Below, in pieces: positions 20,038-32,000 of a stretch of 32,000 bases of DNA. Position 1 is the stretch's first letter; every line of letters starts with the position of its first letter. The notes under the pieces are model-generated. The model saw nothing but the letters and a program-made list of their open reading frames with translations. It searched no databases and was not told the origin of the DNA. The position numbers and the translations under genes were made by a program. Origin of the DNA: Bacillus subtilis subsp. subtilis str. 168 (GTDB lineage: Bacteria; Bacillota; Bacilli; Bacillales; Bacillaceae); NCBI RefSeq assembly GCF_000009045.1, contig NC_000964.3, positions 1,170,001-1,202,000 on the forward strand, given 5' to 3'.

Positions 20038-20233
20038 ATTGCAGTTTGTCCAGCTGATTTTGAAATTGATGCAACTGTTGACGTTCCGCATCTGTCGAAT
20101 TGGCATACGCAGAAGATACAGCATTTTTGGCTCTCAGAATCGCTTGCTCCTGATCGCCTTCCTCAAAGCCGTTTGTCACCATGACCGCCTGTTGAACAAA
20201 TGATTTTGCCTGCTGAAACAGTTCATTTCTCAT
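20036..20233 (-). CDS. Small DUF3813-like protein
   Basis: 65 aa MRNELFQQAKSFVQQAVMVTNGFEEGDQEQAILRAKNAVSSAYANSTDAERQQLHQFQNQLDKLQ; immediately downstream of another same-strand small ORF. Confidence 0.75.
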   Translation of the reverse strand: MRNELFQQAKSFVQQAVMVTNGFEEGDQEQAILRAKNAVSSAYANSTDAERQQLHQFQNQLDKLQ

Positions 20234-20386
20234 TTAATATTCATACTGCCTTTCAGCCGAGTCTCGTGCCGCGGCATGCTGGTGAGCTTCTTCTAAAGTA
20301 GACCGATATGGAAATCTTGCGGCGTGTAGCCCGATGGAGTCTTTACCCTGCTGAATAAACCTTCTGGATTTGCTTCGTTTACCCAT
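20234..20386 (-). CDS. Unannotated small basic ORF (50 aa)
   Basis: Manual translation MGKRSKSRRFIQQGKDSIGLHAARFPYRSTLEEAHQHAAARDSAERQYEY*; purine-rich GGAAGGGGGG upstream; abuts the 65-aa ORF. Not in the supplied ORF track. Confidence 0.6.
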   Translation of the reverse strand: MGKRSKSRRFIQQGKDSIGLHAARFPYRSTLEEAHQHAAARDSAERQYEY

Positions 20387-20489
20387 TTTGAGACTGCCCC
20401 CTTCCATACTTTGACGAGATGAGTCGTCTTCAATAGTATGGTGGGGTAAAGTAAGGTTTATGAGTGGGAAAAATTAATACGGACCTTCT

Positions 20490-21302
20490 TTAAAGTGAGA
20501 AATATTCTTTCAAAAACCTTGCCACGCCGTCCTCTTCATTTGTGGCCGTAGTTCGGTTGGCAATCTGCTTGACCGCGTCAATTCCATTTCCCATTGCAAC
20601 GCCGCAGCCTGCAAATTCAAGCATTTCCAAATCGTTATCCTCATCTCCAAAAGCAATGATCCGCTCCCTCGGCACGCCGTAATAATCGCTGATTTTCTGC
20701 AGGCCGACCGCTTTATTCATGCCGCTTTTGATAATTTCAATGACATGCCAAGGAGCGGCCCATCTTCTATGGTCGATCACCTCGGCATGCACATCCGATA
20801 AATATGAGCGTATTGCCGGCACATCCTCTTCCTTTGCATGTATGAGTACGGACGTCACATCTTCACCGAGATTTTCCCGCAAGTCTCCGACCGTTACATT
20901 TGTTGTGTTCATGTTAAAGGCATCTATCAGGTGCTCATCATGGTAATGAAAGTATACGTCGTCAATCACTTCAGCAAGCACGTTATGTACGTTGTAGCTC
21001 TCGCTGATATCCACGAGCTGTTTGACAACATCAAGCGGCAGTGACGTATGATACCGTCCCCAGCTGTCGTCTTGCGGATGATGGACAAATGCTCCGTTAA
21101 AATTGACAATTGGCGTTGTCAGCTCCATCTGCTGGTAGTACATGGAACTTGAACGATACGGACGGCCTGTTGAGATGCAGACATAATGCCCGTCATCTTT
21201 TAGGCGCTGTATCGTATGAAGGGTGTTTTCAGATATGGTTTTATCATCCTTTAATAATGTTCCATCTAAATCTAATGCGATTAAATAGGGTTTTGTCTCC
21301 AT
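20490..21302 (-). CDS. yitU: HAD-superfamily Cof-type phosphatase
   Basis: 270 aa; YLIALDLDGTLLKDDKTIS and IIAFGDEDNDLEMLEFAG motifs. Confidence 0.93.
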   Translation of the reverse strand: METKPYLIALDLDGTLLKDDKTISENTLHTIQRLKDDGHYVCISTGRPYRSSSMYYQQMELTTPIVNFNGAFVHHPQDDSWGRYHTSLPLDVVKQLVDISESYNVHNVLAEVIDDVYFHYHDEHLIDAFNMNTTNVTVGDLRENLGEDVTSVLIHAKEEDVPAIRSYLSDVHAEVIDHRRWAAPWHVIEIIKSGMNKAVGLQKISDYYGVPRERIIAFGDEDNDLEMLEFAGCGVAMGNGIDAVKQIANRTTATNEEDGVARFLKEYFSL

Positions 21303-21422
21303 GAAAAGCTCCTTTAACCTTAGATTTTGCTTGTTTTGCCTTACTTACAGTGTAGCTTTTTACCATCTTTATTGTCTACATGTTACACTTATGATTATGG
21401 TTATCCTAAGGAGGGGCACATT

Positions 21423-22190
21423 GTGATACAAATTGAGAATCAAACCGTTTCCGGTATTCCGTTTTTACATATTGTAAAGGAAGAGAACAGGCACCGCGCT
21501 GTTCCTCTCGTGATCTTTATACATGGTTTTACAAGCGCGAAGGAACACAACCTTCATATTGCTTATCTGCTTGCGGAGAAGGGTTTTAGAGCCGTTCTGC
21601 CGGAGGCTTTGCACCATGGGGAACGGGGAGAAGAAATGGCTGTTGAAGAGCTGGCGGGGCATTTTTGGGATATCGTCCTCAACGAGATTGAAGAGATCGG
21701 CGTACTTAAAAACCATTTTGAAAAAGAGGGCCTGATAGACGGCGGCCGCATCGGTCTCGCAGGCACGTCAATGGGCGGCATCACAACGCTTGGCGCTTTG
21801 ACTGCATATGATTGGATAAAAGCCGGCGTCAGCCTGATGGGAAGCCCGAATTACGTGGAGCTGTTTCAGCAGCAGATTGACCATATTCAATCTCAGGGCA
21901 TTGAAATCGATGTGCCGGAAGAGAAGGTACAGCAGCTGATGAAACGTCTCGAGTTGCGGGATCTCAGCCTTCAGCCGGAGAAACTGCAACAGCGCCCGCT
22001 TTTATTTTGGCACGGCGCAAAAGATAAAGTTGTGCCTTACGCGCCGACCCGGAAATTTTATGACACGATTAAATCCCATTACAGCGAGCAGCCGGAACGC
22101 CTGCAATTTATCGGAGATGAAAACGCTGACCATAAAGTCCCGCGGGCAGCTGTGTTAAAAACGATTGAATGGTTTGAAACGTACTTATAA
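21423..22190 (+). CDS. yitV: Alpha/beta hydrolase (putative esterase)
   Basis: ORF 21327..22190; likely GTG start at 21423 after GGAGGGG; LVIFIHGFTSAKEHN and GLAGTSMGGITTLGAL nucleophile elbow; 255 aa. Confidence 0.9.
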   Translation: MIQIENQTVSGIPFLHIVKEENRHRAVPLVIFIHGFTSAKEHNLHIAYLLAEKGFRAVLPEALHHGERGEEMAVEELAGHFWDIVLNEIEEIGVLKNHFEKEGLIDGGRIGLAGTSMGGITTLGALTAYDWIKAGVSLMGSPNYVELFQQQIDHIQSQGIEIDVPEEKVQQLMKRLELRDLSLQPEKLQQRPLLFWHGAKDKVVPYAPTRKFYDTIKSHYSEQPERLQFIGDENADHKVPRAAVLKTIEWFETYL

Positions 22191-22253
22191 AGCACTAAGT
22201 TATTAACAAGAGCTGAATTTACGTTATACTGTAGAAAAAAGGAGTGAGGGAAC

Positions 22254-22562
22254 GTGGAAGAAGCATTAAAAGAAAACATCATGGGCGCCCTGGAACAGGT
22301 TGTCGATCCTGAGCTTGGCGTTGATATCGTGAACCTCGGCTTGGTATATGACGTTGATATGGATGAAGATGGCTTGACGCACATCACCATGACGCTAACA
22401 TCAATGGGATGCCCTTTAGCGCCGATTATCGTGGATGAGGTGAAAAAAGCATTAGCGGACCTTCCTGAAGTGAAAGACACAGAGGTTCACATTGTATGGA
22501 ATCCGCCTTGGACTAGGGATAAAATGTCCAGATACGCAAAAATTGCGCTTGGCATTCAATAA
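22254..22562 (+). CDS. yitW: MIP18/DUF59-family Fe-S assembly protein
   Basis: 102 aa; VVDPELGVDIVNLGLVYDVDMD and TLTSMGCPLAPIIVDEV. Confidence 0.94.
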   Translation: MEEALKENIMGALEQVVDPELGVDIVNLGLVYDVDMDEDGLTHITMTLTSMGCPLAPIIVDEVKKALADLPEVKDTEVHIVWNPPWTRDKMSRYAKIALGIQ

Positions 22563-22566
22563 AACA

Positions 22567-22604
22567 AAAAAGGACAGCCTGACATGTGAGGCTGTCCTTT
22601 TTTA
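22567..22604 (+). terminator. Intrinsic terminator after yitW
   Basis: AAAAGGACAGCC-TGACATGTGA-GGCTGTCCTTTTTT. Confidence 0.92.
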
Positions 22605-22626
22605 CAGCTGAAAGGAGTGAAAGGAA

Positions 22627-22797
22627 ATGATGTACCTGCTGGCAGTTTTATGCCCGCCGCTTGCTGTTTTGTTTTCGGGAAAACCGTTTCAGGCCTTGCT
22701 GAATCTCATATTGACCTGTATCTTTTGGCTGCCGGGCGCGATTCACGCCTGCTTTATCGTCGCCGACCGCCGTGCCGAAAAACGGGCAAGAAGATAA
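22627..22797 (+). CDS. Small hydrophobic Pmp3/UPF0057 (YqaE-like) membrane protein
   Basis: Manual translation MMYLLAVLCPPLAVLFSGKPFQALLNLILTCIFWLPGAIHACFIVADRRAEKRARR*; AAGGAGTGAAAGG SD; LCPPLAVL and FWLPGAIHAC are Pmp3 family hallmarks. Too short for the supplied track. Confidence 0.85.
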   Translation: MMYLLAVLCPPLAVLFSGKPFQALLNLILTCIFWLPGAIHACFIVADRRAEKRARR

Positions 22798-24287
<1,490 letters not shown>

Positions 24288-24288
<1 letters not shown>

Positions 24289-24827
24289 TGGGGAAAAACA
24301 AATTAAAATGGCTGACATTATCACAAAGCAGCGTGTTTTTCGCAAGCAGCTTAATCTTTCCGTTTTATATTCTGTTTGTGAAAAATATCGGCTCAAGCTA
24401 CACACAGTTCGGTTTTTCCTACGGATTGTTCGGGTTGAGCGGAGCGCTTATTTACCCGCTCCTCGGACGGCTGTCTGAAAGGTTTGACAGCCGTTATTTT
24501 CTGCTTCTGAACTCGTGGGGGATGGCTGTTCTGCTTTTATATGTCCCGCATATCGGAAGCGTCGTTCAAGTGTATATCGTCCAAGTGCTGTTAGGGCTCT
24601 TTGGAGCGATGCAAAAGCATGGAGAAAAAGTGCTGATCGCTAATTTTACAGACAGTGGAGAGCGTGGAAAGAAGATCGGGAATTACCATTTTTGGACAGC
24701 TGTCTTTTCAGCAGCAGCCATTATGCTCGGGGGCTTTCTCGCTGACTTTTTCACAGTGCAAATGATTTTTTATGCAAGCTCTATTCTATATTTTTTGAGT
24801 GGATTGATGATGATGAAAACAGGCTGA
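24288..24827 (+). CDS. yitZ: Short (half-length) MFS-type membrane protein
   Basis: 179 aa, about 6 hydrophobic segments, LLGRLSERFDSRYFLLL loop; start overlaps yitY stop (TAATG). Confidence 0.85.
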
Positions 24828-24847
24828 CGCGGTCAGCCTGTTTTTTT
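24817..24847 (+). terminator. Intrinsic terminator after yitZ
   Basis: AAAACAGGCTGAC-GCG-GTCAGCCTGTTTTTTT. Confidence 0.92.
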
Positions 24848-24941
24848 ATGCGGCTGAAATGCGGCACCGCATCAACGTTTTTGTGCTGGAGTCGTGCTGA
24901 TTTTTTTTGAGCGGAATTCCCATTGAACAGAAAATTTATAA

Positions 24942-24994
24942 ATGAATAAAAATATTAAATATACGATTGAATTAATTTTTATTCATGTTATAAT
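24942..24994 (+). promoter_or_regulatory. argC promoter with overlapping ARG-box-like sequences
   Basis: -35 TTGAAT (24967-24972), 16 nt, -10 TATAAT (24989-24994); ATGAATAAAAATATT (24942 on) and TGAATTAATTTTTATTCATG (24968-24987) resemble AhrC/ArgR boxes. Confidence 0.82.
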
Positions 24995-25033
24995 GTTAAA
25001 TAATTTCACAAAGACCAAGAGGGTGAACTTGTT

Positions 25034-26071
25034 TTGAAAATAGGAATTGTAGGTGCTACAGGATATGGAGGCACCGAACTTGTCAGGATTCTTTCGCATC
25101 ATCCTCATGCAGAGGAATGCATACTTTATTCATCCAGCGGAGAAGGGAATGTCTATAGCGAGGGTTATCCTCATCTTACCGGCTTAGCGGATCAGCAGCT
25201 GAAGCCGATTGATATGAATACGATCAAACACGAAATAGATATCATGTTTCTCGCTGCGCCGCCCGGAGTATCAAGTGAATTGACTCCAAAGCTGGCAGAC
25301 GCGGGAATTACGGTTATTGATCTGTCAGGTGATCTGAGGATAAAAGAACCGGCTGAATATGAAAAATGGTATAAACGGACAGCGGCACCGAAGGCGGTGA
25401 TTCAAGAGGCGGTATACGGTCTGGCAGAACTGAATCAACTGCAAATTCAACAGGCGAAACTCATTGCCAATCCAGGCTGTTTTCCAACAGCTGTTTTGCT
25501 TGGCCTCGCGCCATTGGCTCAAAAGAAACTGCTCGATGAATCTTTCGTTATCGTTGACGCGAAGACCGGTGTTTCCGGAGCGGGAAGAAAAGCATCCATG
25601 GGAACTCATTTTTCTGAGCTGAACGACAATTTTAAAATTTATAAAGTCAATGAACATCAGCACACGCCGGAAATTGAGCAGGCGCTGAATGAATGGCAGC
25701 CAGGTCTCGGGCCCATTACATTTTCGGCTCACTTGGTTCCGATGACAAGGGGCATCATGGCGACGATGTATACCAGATTAACCTGTGACCTAACCGCAGA
25801 TGACCTGCATGATTTATATTCGGAATTTTACCAAGATTCATATTTTGTGAGAGTGAGGCCAAAAGGTCAGTACCCGCAAACGAAAGAAGTGTACGGCAGC
25901 AATTTCTGTGATATCGCCGTGACCCTCGATGAGAGAACGAACAGAGTCACGATCGTCTCGGTAATCGATAATTTAATGAAGGGTGCCGCCGGTCAGGCAG
26001 TGCAAAACTTTAATTTGATGAATGGCTGGAATGAAGAAACTGGACTCACCATCACGCCAATTTATCCATAG
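25034..26071 (+). CDS. argC: N-acetyl-gamma-glutamyl-phosphate reductase
   Basis: 345 aa, TTG start; [14 protein letters not shown] and [19 protein letters not shown] active-site motif. Confidence 0.98.
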   Translation: MKIGIVGATGYGGTELVRILSHHPHAEECILYSSSGEGNVYSEGYPHLTGLADQQLKPIDMNTIKHEIDIMFLAAPPGVSSELTPKLADAGITVIDLSGDLRIKEPAEYEKWYKRTAAPKAVIQEAVYGLAELNQLQIQQAKLIANPGCFPTAVLLGLAPLAQKKLLDESFVIVDAKTGVSGAGRKASMGTHFSELNDNFKIYKVNEHQHTPEIEQALNEWQPGLGPITFSAHLVPMTRGIMATMYTRLTCDLTADDLHDLYSEFYQDSYFVRVRPKGQYPQTKEVYGSNFCDIAVTLDERTNRVTIVSVIDNLMKGAAGQAVQNFNLMNGWNEETGLTITPIYP

Positions 26072-26090
26072 AACGGGAGAGAATCGAACC

Positions 26091-27311
26091 ATGATTCAGT
26101 TAAGTGAAGATCAAATTGTAAAAGTAACAGGTGATGTATCCTCGCCAAAAGGGTTTCAGGCAAAGGGTGTGCATTGCGGACTGCGCTACTCGAAAAAAGA
26201 CCTCGGCGTCATTATCAGCGAGACACCGGCCGTGAGTGCAGCAGTTTATACCCAAAGCCACTTTCAGGCTGCTCCGATCAAAGTGACACAAGACAGCTTA
26301 AAGCACGGACCGACACTGAAAGCCGTCATCGTCAACAGCGCCATTGCCAACGCCTGCACGGGAGAACAGGGCTTAAAGGACGCATACACAATGCGGGAGA
26401 GCTTTGCTTCACAGCTTGGCATTGAGCCGGAGCTTGTCGCTGTTTCATCAACGGGTGTCATCGGCGAGCATTTAGACATGGAAAAAATCCACGCGGGGAT
26501 CGAACTGCTGAAAGAAACACCTGCGGGATCAGGCGATTTTGAGGAAGCGATTTTAACAACTGATACGGTGATCAAGCAGACGTGCTATGAACTGGCAATC
26601 GGCGGCAAAACAGTCACGATCGGCGGAGCGGCCAAAGGCTCTGGGATGATACACCCGAACATGGCCACGATGCTGGGATTTGTGACAACTGACGCGGCAA
26701 TCGAAGAAAAAGCGCTGCAAAAGGCGCTTCGGGAAATCACTGACGTTTCATTTAACCAAATCACAGTTGACGGAGAAACATCCACGAACGACATGGTATT
26801 AGTTATGGCGAATGGCTGCGCCGAAAACGAGTGCCTGACAGAAGACCATCCAGACTGGCCGGTCTTTAAAAAAGCGCTCTTGCTCACTTGTGAGGATCTA
26901 GCTAAAGAGATTGCCAGAGACGGAGAAGGCGCGACAAAACTAATTGAAGCCCAAGTACAGGGAGCGAAAAACAATCTTGATGCAAACGTCATTGCCAAAA
27001 AGATTGTCGGCTCAAATCTTGTAAAAACGGCAGTATACGGAACAGATGCCAACTGGGGGCGGATCATCGGAGCCATCGGACACTCCGCAGCACAGGTGAC
27101 GGCAGAAGAAGTAGAGGTTTATCTTGGCGGCCAATGCCTGTTTAAGAATAACGAACCTCAGCCATTCTCTGAATCTATCGCCAAGGAATACCTTGAAGGA
27201 GATGAAATCACCATTGTCATCAAGATGGCTGAAGGGGACGGAAACGGGAGAGCGTGGGGCTGTGACCTGACCTATGACTATATCAAAATTAACGCGAGCT
27301 ATCGCACGTAA
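26091..27311 (+). CDS. argJ: Glutamate N-acetyltransferase / amino-acid acetyltransferase (bifunctional ArgJ)
   Basis: Start MIQLSEDQIVKVTGDV at 26091; KGSGMIHPNMATMLGF autocleavage motif. Confidence 0.97.
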   Translation: MIQLSEDQIVKVTGDVSSPKGFQAKGVHCGLRYSKKDLGVIISETPAVSAAVYTQSHFQAAPIKVTQDSLKHGPTLKAVIVNSAIANACTGEQGLKDAYTMRESFASQLGIEPELVAVSSTGVIGEHLDMEKIHAGIELLKETPAGSGDFEEAILTTDTVIKQTCYELAIGGKTVTIGGAAKGSGMIHPNMATMLGFVTTDAAIEEKALQKALREITDVSFNQITVDGETSTNDMVLVMANGCAENECLTEDHPDWPVFKKALLLTCEDLAKEIARDGEGATKLIEAQVQGAKNNLDANVIAKKIVGSNLVKTAVYGTDANWGRIIGAIGHSAAQVTAEEVEVYLGGQCLFKNNEPQPFSESIAKEYLEGDEITIVIKMAEGDGNGRAWGCDLTYDYIKINASYRT

Positions 27312-27325
27312 TAAAGGGGAGCGAA

Positions 27326-28102
27326 ATGAAGAAAACAATCGTTTTTAAATGCGGGGGAAGCGTCATCCGTGAGCTGTCGGAGGAATTTTATCAAAATCTG
27401 AAAGAGCTGAGGGCGTCAGGCTGGAAGCTGGCAATCGTACATGGCGGGGGACCGGAAATCACAAATATGCTGAAACGGTTAAATATCAAGACAGAGTTTT
27501 CGGGCGGACAGAGGAAAACAACGAAGCCGGTGCTGGAAGTGGCGGAAATGGTTTTATCCGGTTCTGTCAATAAATTTTTCGTTGCTGAGCTTGCCAAACA
27601 CGGACTGCGAGCCGCGGGCATTTCTGGTAAGGATGGCGGTCTTTTGGAGGCTGATTATCTAGATCCGGAAACATACGGAGAAGTGGGAGAAATCAAAAAA
27701 GTCGATGCGTCCATGGTGAACGCGCTGATGGAAAATGGCATCATCCCCGTTATTGCGCCGCTGTCTATGACAAGCGACTGCAAAACGCTGAATGTAAATG
27801 CTGATCTGGCTGCTTCAGCAGTCGCCGGAGCGCTTGAAGCCGATAAGCTGATGTTCGTCACGGATGTCGATGGAATCATGAAGGAAAAGCAGCGTCTGGA
27901 CGTCCTGACCCCTAAGGAGATTCAGATGCTGATCAAGCAGGAAGTGATCACAGGAGGGATGATCCCGAAGGTCAATTCAGCCTTGTCAGCTTTATCAGAT
28001 CAGGTGTCTGAAGTCATGATCGTAAACGGTAAAGGATCATTCTTCGCAGAACAAACCTTTCAAGGGACAAAAATTGTCAAAGCAAAGGAGGCTGTTTCAT
28101 GA
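27326..28102 (+). CDS. argB: Acetylglutamate kinase
   Basis: 258 aa; [33 protein letters not shown] motifs. Confidence 0.97.
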   Translation: MKKTIVFKCGGSVIRELSEEFYQNLKELRASGWKLAIVHGGGPEITNMLKRLNIKTEFSGGQRKTTKPVLEVAEMVLSGSVNKFFVAELAKHGLRAAGISGKDGGLLEADYLDPETYGEVGEIKKVDASMVNALMENGIIPVIAPLSMTSDCKTLNVNADLAASAVAGALEADKLMFVTDVDGIMKEKQRLDVLTPKEIQMLIKQEVITGGMIPKVNSALSALSDQVSEVMIVNGKGSFFAEQTFQGTKIVKAKEAVS

Positions 28103-29256
28103 GCAGCTTGTTTCAAACCTACGGCCGTTGGGATATTGACATCAAAAAAGCAAAGGGAACGTACGTTGAGGATCAAAACGGCAAAACGTACCTTGATTTC
28201 ATTCAGGGGATTGCGGTATCAAATCTAGGACACTGCCATGAAGCGGTGACAGAGGCAGTCAAAAAACAGCTTGACAGCGTATGGCACGTATCCAACCTGT
28301 TTCAAAACAGTCTCCAAGAGCAAGCGGCGCAGAAGCTGGCAGCGCATAGTGCGGGAGATCTTGTCTTTTTCTGCAACAGCGGCGCGGAGGCGAATGAAGG
28401 TGCGATAAAGCTTGCCAGAAAAGCAACTGGAAAAACAAAAATCATCACTTTTCTTCAGTCGTTCCATGGCCGCACGTATGCAGGGATGGCTGCGACCGGA
28501 CAGGATAAAATCAAAACAGGCTTCGGCCCGATGCTTGGAGGCTTTCACTACCTGCCATACAATGATCCTTCTGCTTTTAAAGCTCTTGGGGAGGAAGGCG
28601 ATATTGCCGCGGTGATGCTTGAAACAGTGCAGGGAGAAGGAGGAGTCAATCCGGCGAGTGCTGAATTTTTATCAGCCGTACAGTCGTTTTGCAAGGAAAA
28701 GCAAGCCCTTCTCATTATTGATGAAATCCAGACCGGCATCGGACGGACGGGAAAAGGCTTCGCATATGAGCACTTCGGACTCTCACCGGATATCATCACA
28801 GTCGCCAAAGGATTGGGAAACGGCTTTCCGGTCGGCGCTGTCATCGGAAAGAAACAGCTTGGAGAAGCGTTTACCCCTGGTTCTCACGGAACGACTTTCG
28901 GAGGAAACATGCTGGCGATGGCTGCTGTGAATGCCACATTGCAAATTGTATTCCAGCCTGACTTTTTGCAAGAGGCTGCTGACAAAGGGGCGTTTTTAAA
29001 AGAACAGCTTGAGGCAGAGCTAAAGAGCCCTTTTGTTAAACAAATCCGAGGTAAAGGATTAATGCTTGGAATTGAGTGTGATGGCCCGGTTGCTGACATT
29101 ATTGCTGAATTGCAGACATTAGGCTTGCTTGTATTGCCGGCCGGCCCGAACGTGATTCGGCTGCTGCCGCCGCTCACCGTGACTAAGGATGAAATAGCAG
29201 AAGCCGTCAGCAAGCTGAAACAGGCAATCGCTCATCATTCCGCTGTAAACCAGTGA
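28099..29256 (+). CDS. argD: Acetylornithine aminotransferase
   Basis: 385 aa; [16 protein letters not shown] and [13 protein letters not shown] aminotransferase motifs. Confidence 0.97.
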   Translation: MSSLFQTYGRWDIDIKKAKGTYVEDQNGKTYLDFIQGIAVSNLGHCHEAVTEAVKKQLDSVWHVSNLFQNSLQEQAAQKLAAHSAGDLVFFCNSGAEANEGAIKLARKATGKTKIITFLQSFHGRTYAGMAATGQDKIKTGFGPMLGGFHYLPYNDPSAFKALGEEGDIAAVMLETVQGEGGVNPASAEFLSAVQSFCKEKQALLIIDEIQTGIGRTGKGFAYEHFGLSPDIITVAKGLGNGFPVGAVIGKKQLGEAFTPGSHGTTFGGNMLAMAAVNATLQIVFQPDFLQEAADKGAFLKEQLEAELKSPFVKQIRGKGLMLGIECDGPVADIIAELQTLGLLVLPAGPNVIRLLPPLTVTKDEIAEAVSKLKQAIAHHSAVNQ

Positions 29257-29274
29257 TTTTTTTTCGATATAAAG

Positions 29275-29311
29275 GCATAAAAATTCATTTTTATAATTAA
29301 TTATTCATCAA
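29275..29311 (+). promoter_or_regulatory. ARG-box-like AT-rich sequence upstream of carA
   Basis: GCATAAAAATTCATTTTTATAATTAATTATTCATC in the argD-carA gap resembles AhrC half-site arrays. Confidence 0.45.
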
Positions 29312-29326
29312 GAGGTGGGCTGTTAG

Positions 29327-30388
29327 ATGGAAGGTTATTTAGTGTTAGAAGATGGGACATCGTTCAGCGGCGAGCTGGACGGTCATGAAAACTGCACGGG
29401 AGAAGCTGTTTTTTTCACAGGAATGACAGGCTACCAGGAAGTGCTGACAGATCCATCATATAAGGGACAGATTATTGTATTTACCTACCCGCTGATTGGC
29501 AACTACGGCATAAATGAAAAGGATTTTGAAAGCAAGAAACCGCAAGTAAAAGCCGCGGTTGTCTATGAGGCGTGTGATCACTTTTCTCATTATGAAGCGG
29601 TATACAGCCTCAAGGAGTATCTACAGAAATGGAATATTCCGCTGTTAACCCATGTTGATACGAGGGCTGTCGTGAAGAAAATCCGGGCAAACGGGACGAT
29701 GGGTGCGACAGTCACAGCCTCTAAAGAAGGAGCTGAGATTGCCCTTCAACCAGAGAATGTGGCAGAGCAGGCTTCCGCCCAGGAAATCAGCACATTCGGC
29801 GACGGGAATAAACATATCGCTCTCATTGATTTTGGCTATAAAAAGTCAATCGCATCATCACTTGTCAAACGAGGCTGCAAGGTTACCGTGGTGCCATACC
29901 AGCAAATGGAGGCCGTATACAACATCAAACCCGATGGAATTGTGCTATCGAACGGACCTGGAGATCCGAAAGCCATTCAGCCATATTTAGGAAAGATCAA
30001 AAGCATCATCAGCCGCTTTCCGACTCTAGGCATTTGTCTCGGACATCAGCTGATCGCGCTCGCGTTTGGAGGGAATACTTTTAAGCTGCCATTCGGGCAC
30101 AGGGGAGCTAATCATCCGGTCATCGACCGTAAGACGAAACGGGTCTTTATGACAAGCCAAAACCACAGCTATGTGGTTGATGAACAGTCGATTAATGAAG
30201 AAGAGCTCACCATCAGGTTTCATCATGTCAATGATACGTCAGTTGAAGGGCTTGCCCATAAAAAACTGCCTGTCATGAGTGTTCAATTCCACCCGGAAGC
30301 CCATCCCGGACCTGCGGAAAGCGAATGGATTTTTGATGATTATCTAAAGAATGTGATACCAGCAAGGAGAGAAATCGCGCATGCCTAA
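29327..30388 (+). CDS. carA: Carbamoyl-phosphate synthase, arginine-specific, small (glutaminase) subunit
   Basis: 353 aa; [18 protein letters not shown]-like [13 protein letters not shown] and [11 protein letters not shown] class I glutaminase motifs. Confidence 0.97.
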   Translation: MEGYLVLEDGTSFSGELDGHENCTGEAVFFTGMTGYQEVLTDPSYKGQIIVFTYPLIGNYGINEKDFESKKPQVKAAVVYEACDHFSHYEAVYSLKEYLQKWNIPLLTHVDTRAVVKKIRANGTMGATVTASKEGAEIALQPENVAEQASAQEISTFGDGNKHIALIDFGYKKSIASSLVKRGCKVTVVPYQQMEAVYNIKPDGIVLSNGPGDPKAIQPYLGKIKSIISRFPTLGICLGHQLIALAFGGNTFKLPFGHRGANHPVIDRKTKRVFMTSQNHSYVVDEQSINEEELTIRFHHVNDTSVEGLAHKKLPVMSVQFHPEAHPGPAESEWIFDDYLKNVIPARREIAHA

Positions 30389-32000
30389 AGACACCAGTAT
30401 TTCAAGCATATTAGTAATTGGCTCAGGCCCGATCATCATCGGGCAGGCGGCAGAATTTGATTATTCAGGCACTCAAGGGTGCATCGCGCTGAAGGAGGAG
30501 GGCTACCGGGTAATTCTCGTCAACAGCAATCCGGCGACAATTATGACTGATGAAGCCTTCGCTGATGAAATTTATTTTGAGCCTCTGACAGCAGAAAGCC
30601 TGACAGCCATCATTAAGAAAGAACGGCCTGATGGGCTTCTTGCCAATTTAGGCGGTCAGACCGCGTTGAATTTAGCGGTGGAGCTTGAAGAAACGGGTGT
30701 TTTAAAAGAGCACGGCGTCAAACTCCTCGGCACATCCGTTGAAACGATACAAAAAGGAGAGGACCGGGAAAAATTCCGTTCGTTAATGAATGAATTAAAA
30801 CAGCCTGTGCCGGAGAGTGAAATTGTTGATAACGAGGCCGATGCCCTCCATTTTGCGGAATCCATCGGTTTTCCTGTTATTATCAGACCAGCTTACACAT
30901 TAGGCGGAAAGGGCGGAGGAATCGCCCCTGATAAAGAAGCCTTTACAGCTATGATTAAGCAGGCGCTATTAGCAAGCCCGATCAATCAATGCCTTGTCGA
31001 AAAAAGCATTGCCGGCTTTAAAGAAATTGAATATGAAGTCATGCGTGACAGCAATAACACATGCATTACCGTCTGCAATATGGAAAATATCGATCCGGTC
31101 GGCGTGCATACAGGTGACTCTATCGTTGTGGCGCCGTCACAAACATTGACAGACGAAGACTATCAAATGCTGCGGACAGCAAGTCTGACGATCATCTCAG
31201 CACTTGATGTTGTAGGCGGCTGCAACATTCAATTCGCGCTTGATCCATTCAGCAAGCAATATTACGTCATTGAAGTGAATCCGCGTGTAAGCCGGTCATC
31301 GGCTCTCGCATCTAAAGCGACCGGTTATCCGATTGCGAAGATGGCCGCGAAACTGGCAGTCGGATACACTCTTGACGAGCTGAAAAATCCGCTCACAGGC
31401 TCGACTTACGCAAGCTTTGAACCGGCACTGGATTATGTGATCGTCAAATTTCCGCGCTGGCCGTTTGATAAATTCAAAAACGCAGACCGCAAGCTTGGCA
31501 CAAAAATGAAAGCCACCGGTGAAGTGATGGCGATTGAACGGAATTTAGAAGCGGCGATACAAAAGGCAGCCGCGTCGCTTGAATTAAAAAATATCGGGAC
31601 ACACCTTCCAGAGCTCAGCGGGTTGTCAATTGATACGCTATGGGATTTGGCAATCACTCCGGATGACCGCAGATTTTTCGTTGTCATGGAGCTGTTGAGC
31701 CGCAGCGTCTCGATTGATGACATCCATGAAAAAACAAAAATTGATCCGTTTTTCCTTCATACCTTTGACAACATCATCAAATTGGAAAACCGCCTGATGG
31801 AAGCAGGGAGCGATCTCTCTTTTGAATTATTGAAGAAAGCAAAGGAAAAGGGATTCTCAGACGCAACGATTGCCTCGCTGATCAGCAAAACAGAAGAAGA
31901 GGTGCGCGCGCTTCGCAAGGAGATGGGCATTACGCCTTCCTTTAAAATCGTAGATACATGCGCGGCAGAGTTTGATGCGAAAACAAACTATTTTTACTCC
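30381..32000 (+). CDS. carB: Carbamoyl-phosphate synthase, arginine-specific, large subunit, truncated at right edge
   Basis: Starts ATGCCTAAAGACACC at 30381; [42 protein letters not shown]; open to end of window. Confidence 0.96.
   Translation, partial: MPKDTSISSILVIGSGPIIIGQAAEFDYSGTQGCIALKEEGYRVILVNSNPATIMTDEAFADEIYFEPLTAESLTAIIKKERPDGLLANLGGQTALNLAVELEETGVLKEHGVKLLGTSVETIQKGEDREKFRSLMNELKQPVPESEIVDNEADALHFAESIGFPVIIRPAYTLGGKGGGIAPDKEAFTAMIKQALLASPINQCLVEKSIAGFKEIEYEVMRDSNNTCITVCNMENIDPVGVHTGDSIVVAPSQTLTDEDYQMLRTASLTIISALDVVGGCNIQFALDPFSKQYYVIEVNPRVSRSSALASKATGYPIAKMAAKLAVGYTLDELKNPLTGSTYASFEPALDYVIVKFPRWPFDKFKNADRKLGTKMKATGEVMAIERNLEAAIQKAAASLELKNIGTHLPELSGLSIDTLWDLAITPDDRRFFVVMELLSRSVSIDDIHEKTKIDPFFLHTFDNIIKLENRLMEAGSDLSFELLKKAKEKGFSDATIASLISKTEEEVRALRKEMGITPSFKIVDTCAAEFDAKTNYFYS

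Noticed and set aside
20387-20489. Sporulation-type promoter (CATACTAT on minus strand) upstream of the 50-aa ORF
   Set aside because: The -10-like match lacks a correctly spaced -35 for SigE, SigG or SigK, so it is too weak to list.
22079-22480. Minus-strand 133-aa ORF across the yitV end and yitW
   Set aside because: Antisense to two well-supported genes; low-complexity Ser-rich product.
26585-27076. Minus-strand 163-aa ORF
   Set aside because: Antisense to argJ; Ser/Ala-rich composition is typical of reverse-complement coding sequence.

Overview
From gene content and order, this is an ordinary-looking Bacillus subtilis-group chromosomal segment matching the yisZ-yitA...yitZ-argCJBD-carAB region. 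I assigned it from remembered gene order and protein families; no database search was run. Left to right on the window: sulfate activation/reduction genes (yisZ partial, yitA, yitB; minus strand) divergent from phosphosulfolactate phosphatase/synthase genes (yitC, yitD; plus strand); yitE, yitF, yitG, yitH, yitI; the MetH/MetF-like fusion yitJ under a SAM (S-box) riboswitch; yitK; yitL; a toxin island (yitM/yitO/yitP, an sdpABC paralogue, divergent from the PadR-type regulator yizB and membrane protein yitQ, then yitR and extracellular protease nprB); yitS; yitT; ipi; small ORFs; yitU; yitV; yitW; a Pmp3-like small ORF; yitY; yitZ; and the arginine/carbamoyl-phosphate operon argC-J-B-D-carA-carB (carB truncated at the right edge). 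The most system-like element is the yitPOM/yizB-yitQ-yitR/nprB island at 12.4-17.7 kb. To my knowledge it is already described as the biofilm-associated YIT toxin, so I do not claim a new system. Within it, the sequence suggests some less-discussed details: an apparently leaderless yizB promoter with an overlapping dyad, and a cysteine-free toxin precursor. Elsewhere, the 'intracellular' proteinase inhibitor ORF is continuous in frame with an upstream lipoprotein signal peptide, while a strong internal Shine-Dalgarno supports a second cytoplasmic start. No rRNA, tRNA, CRISPR array, prophage or transposase was seen.
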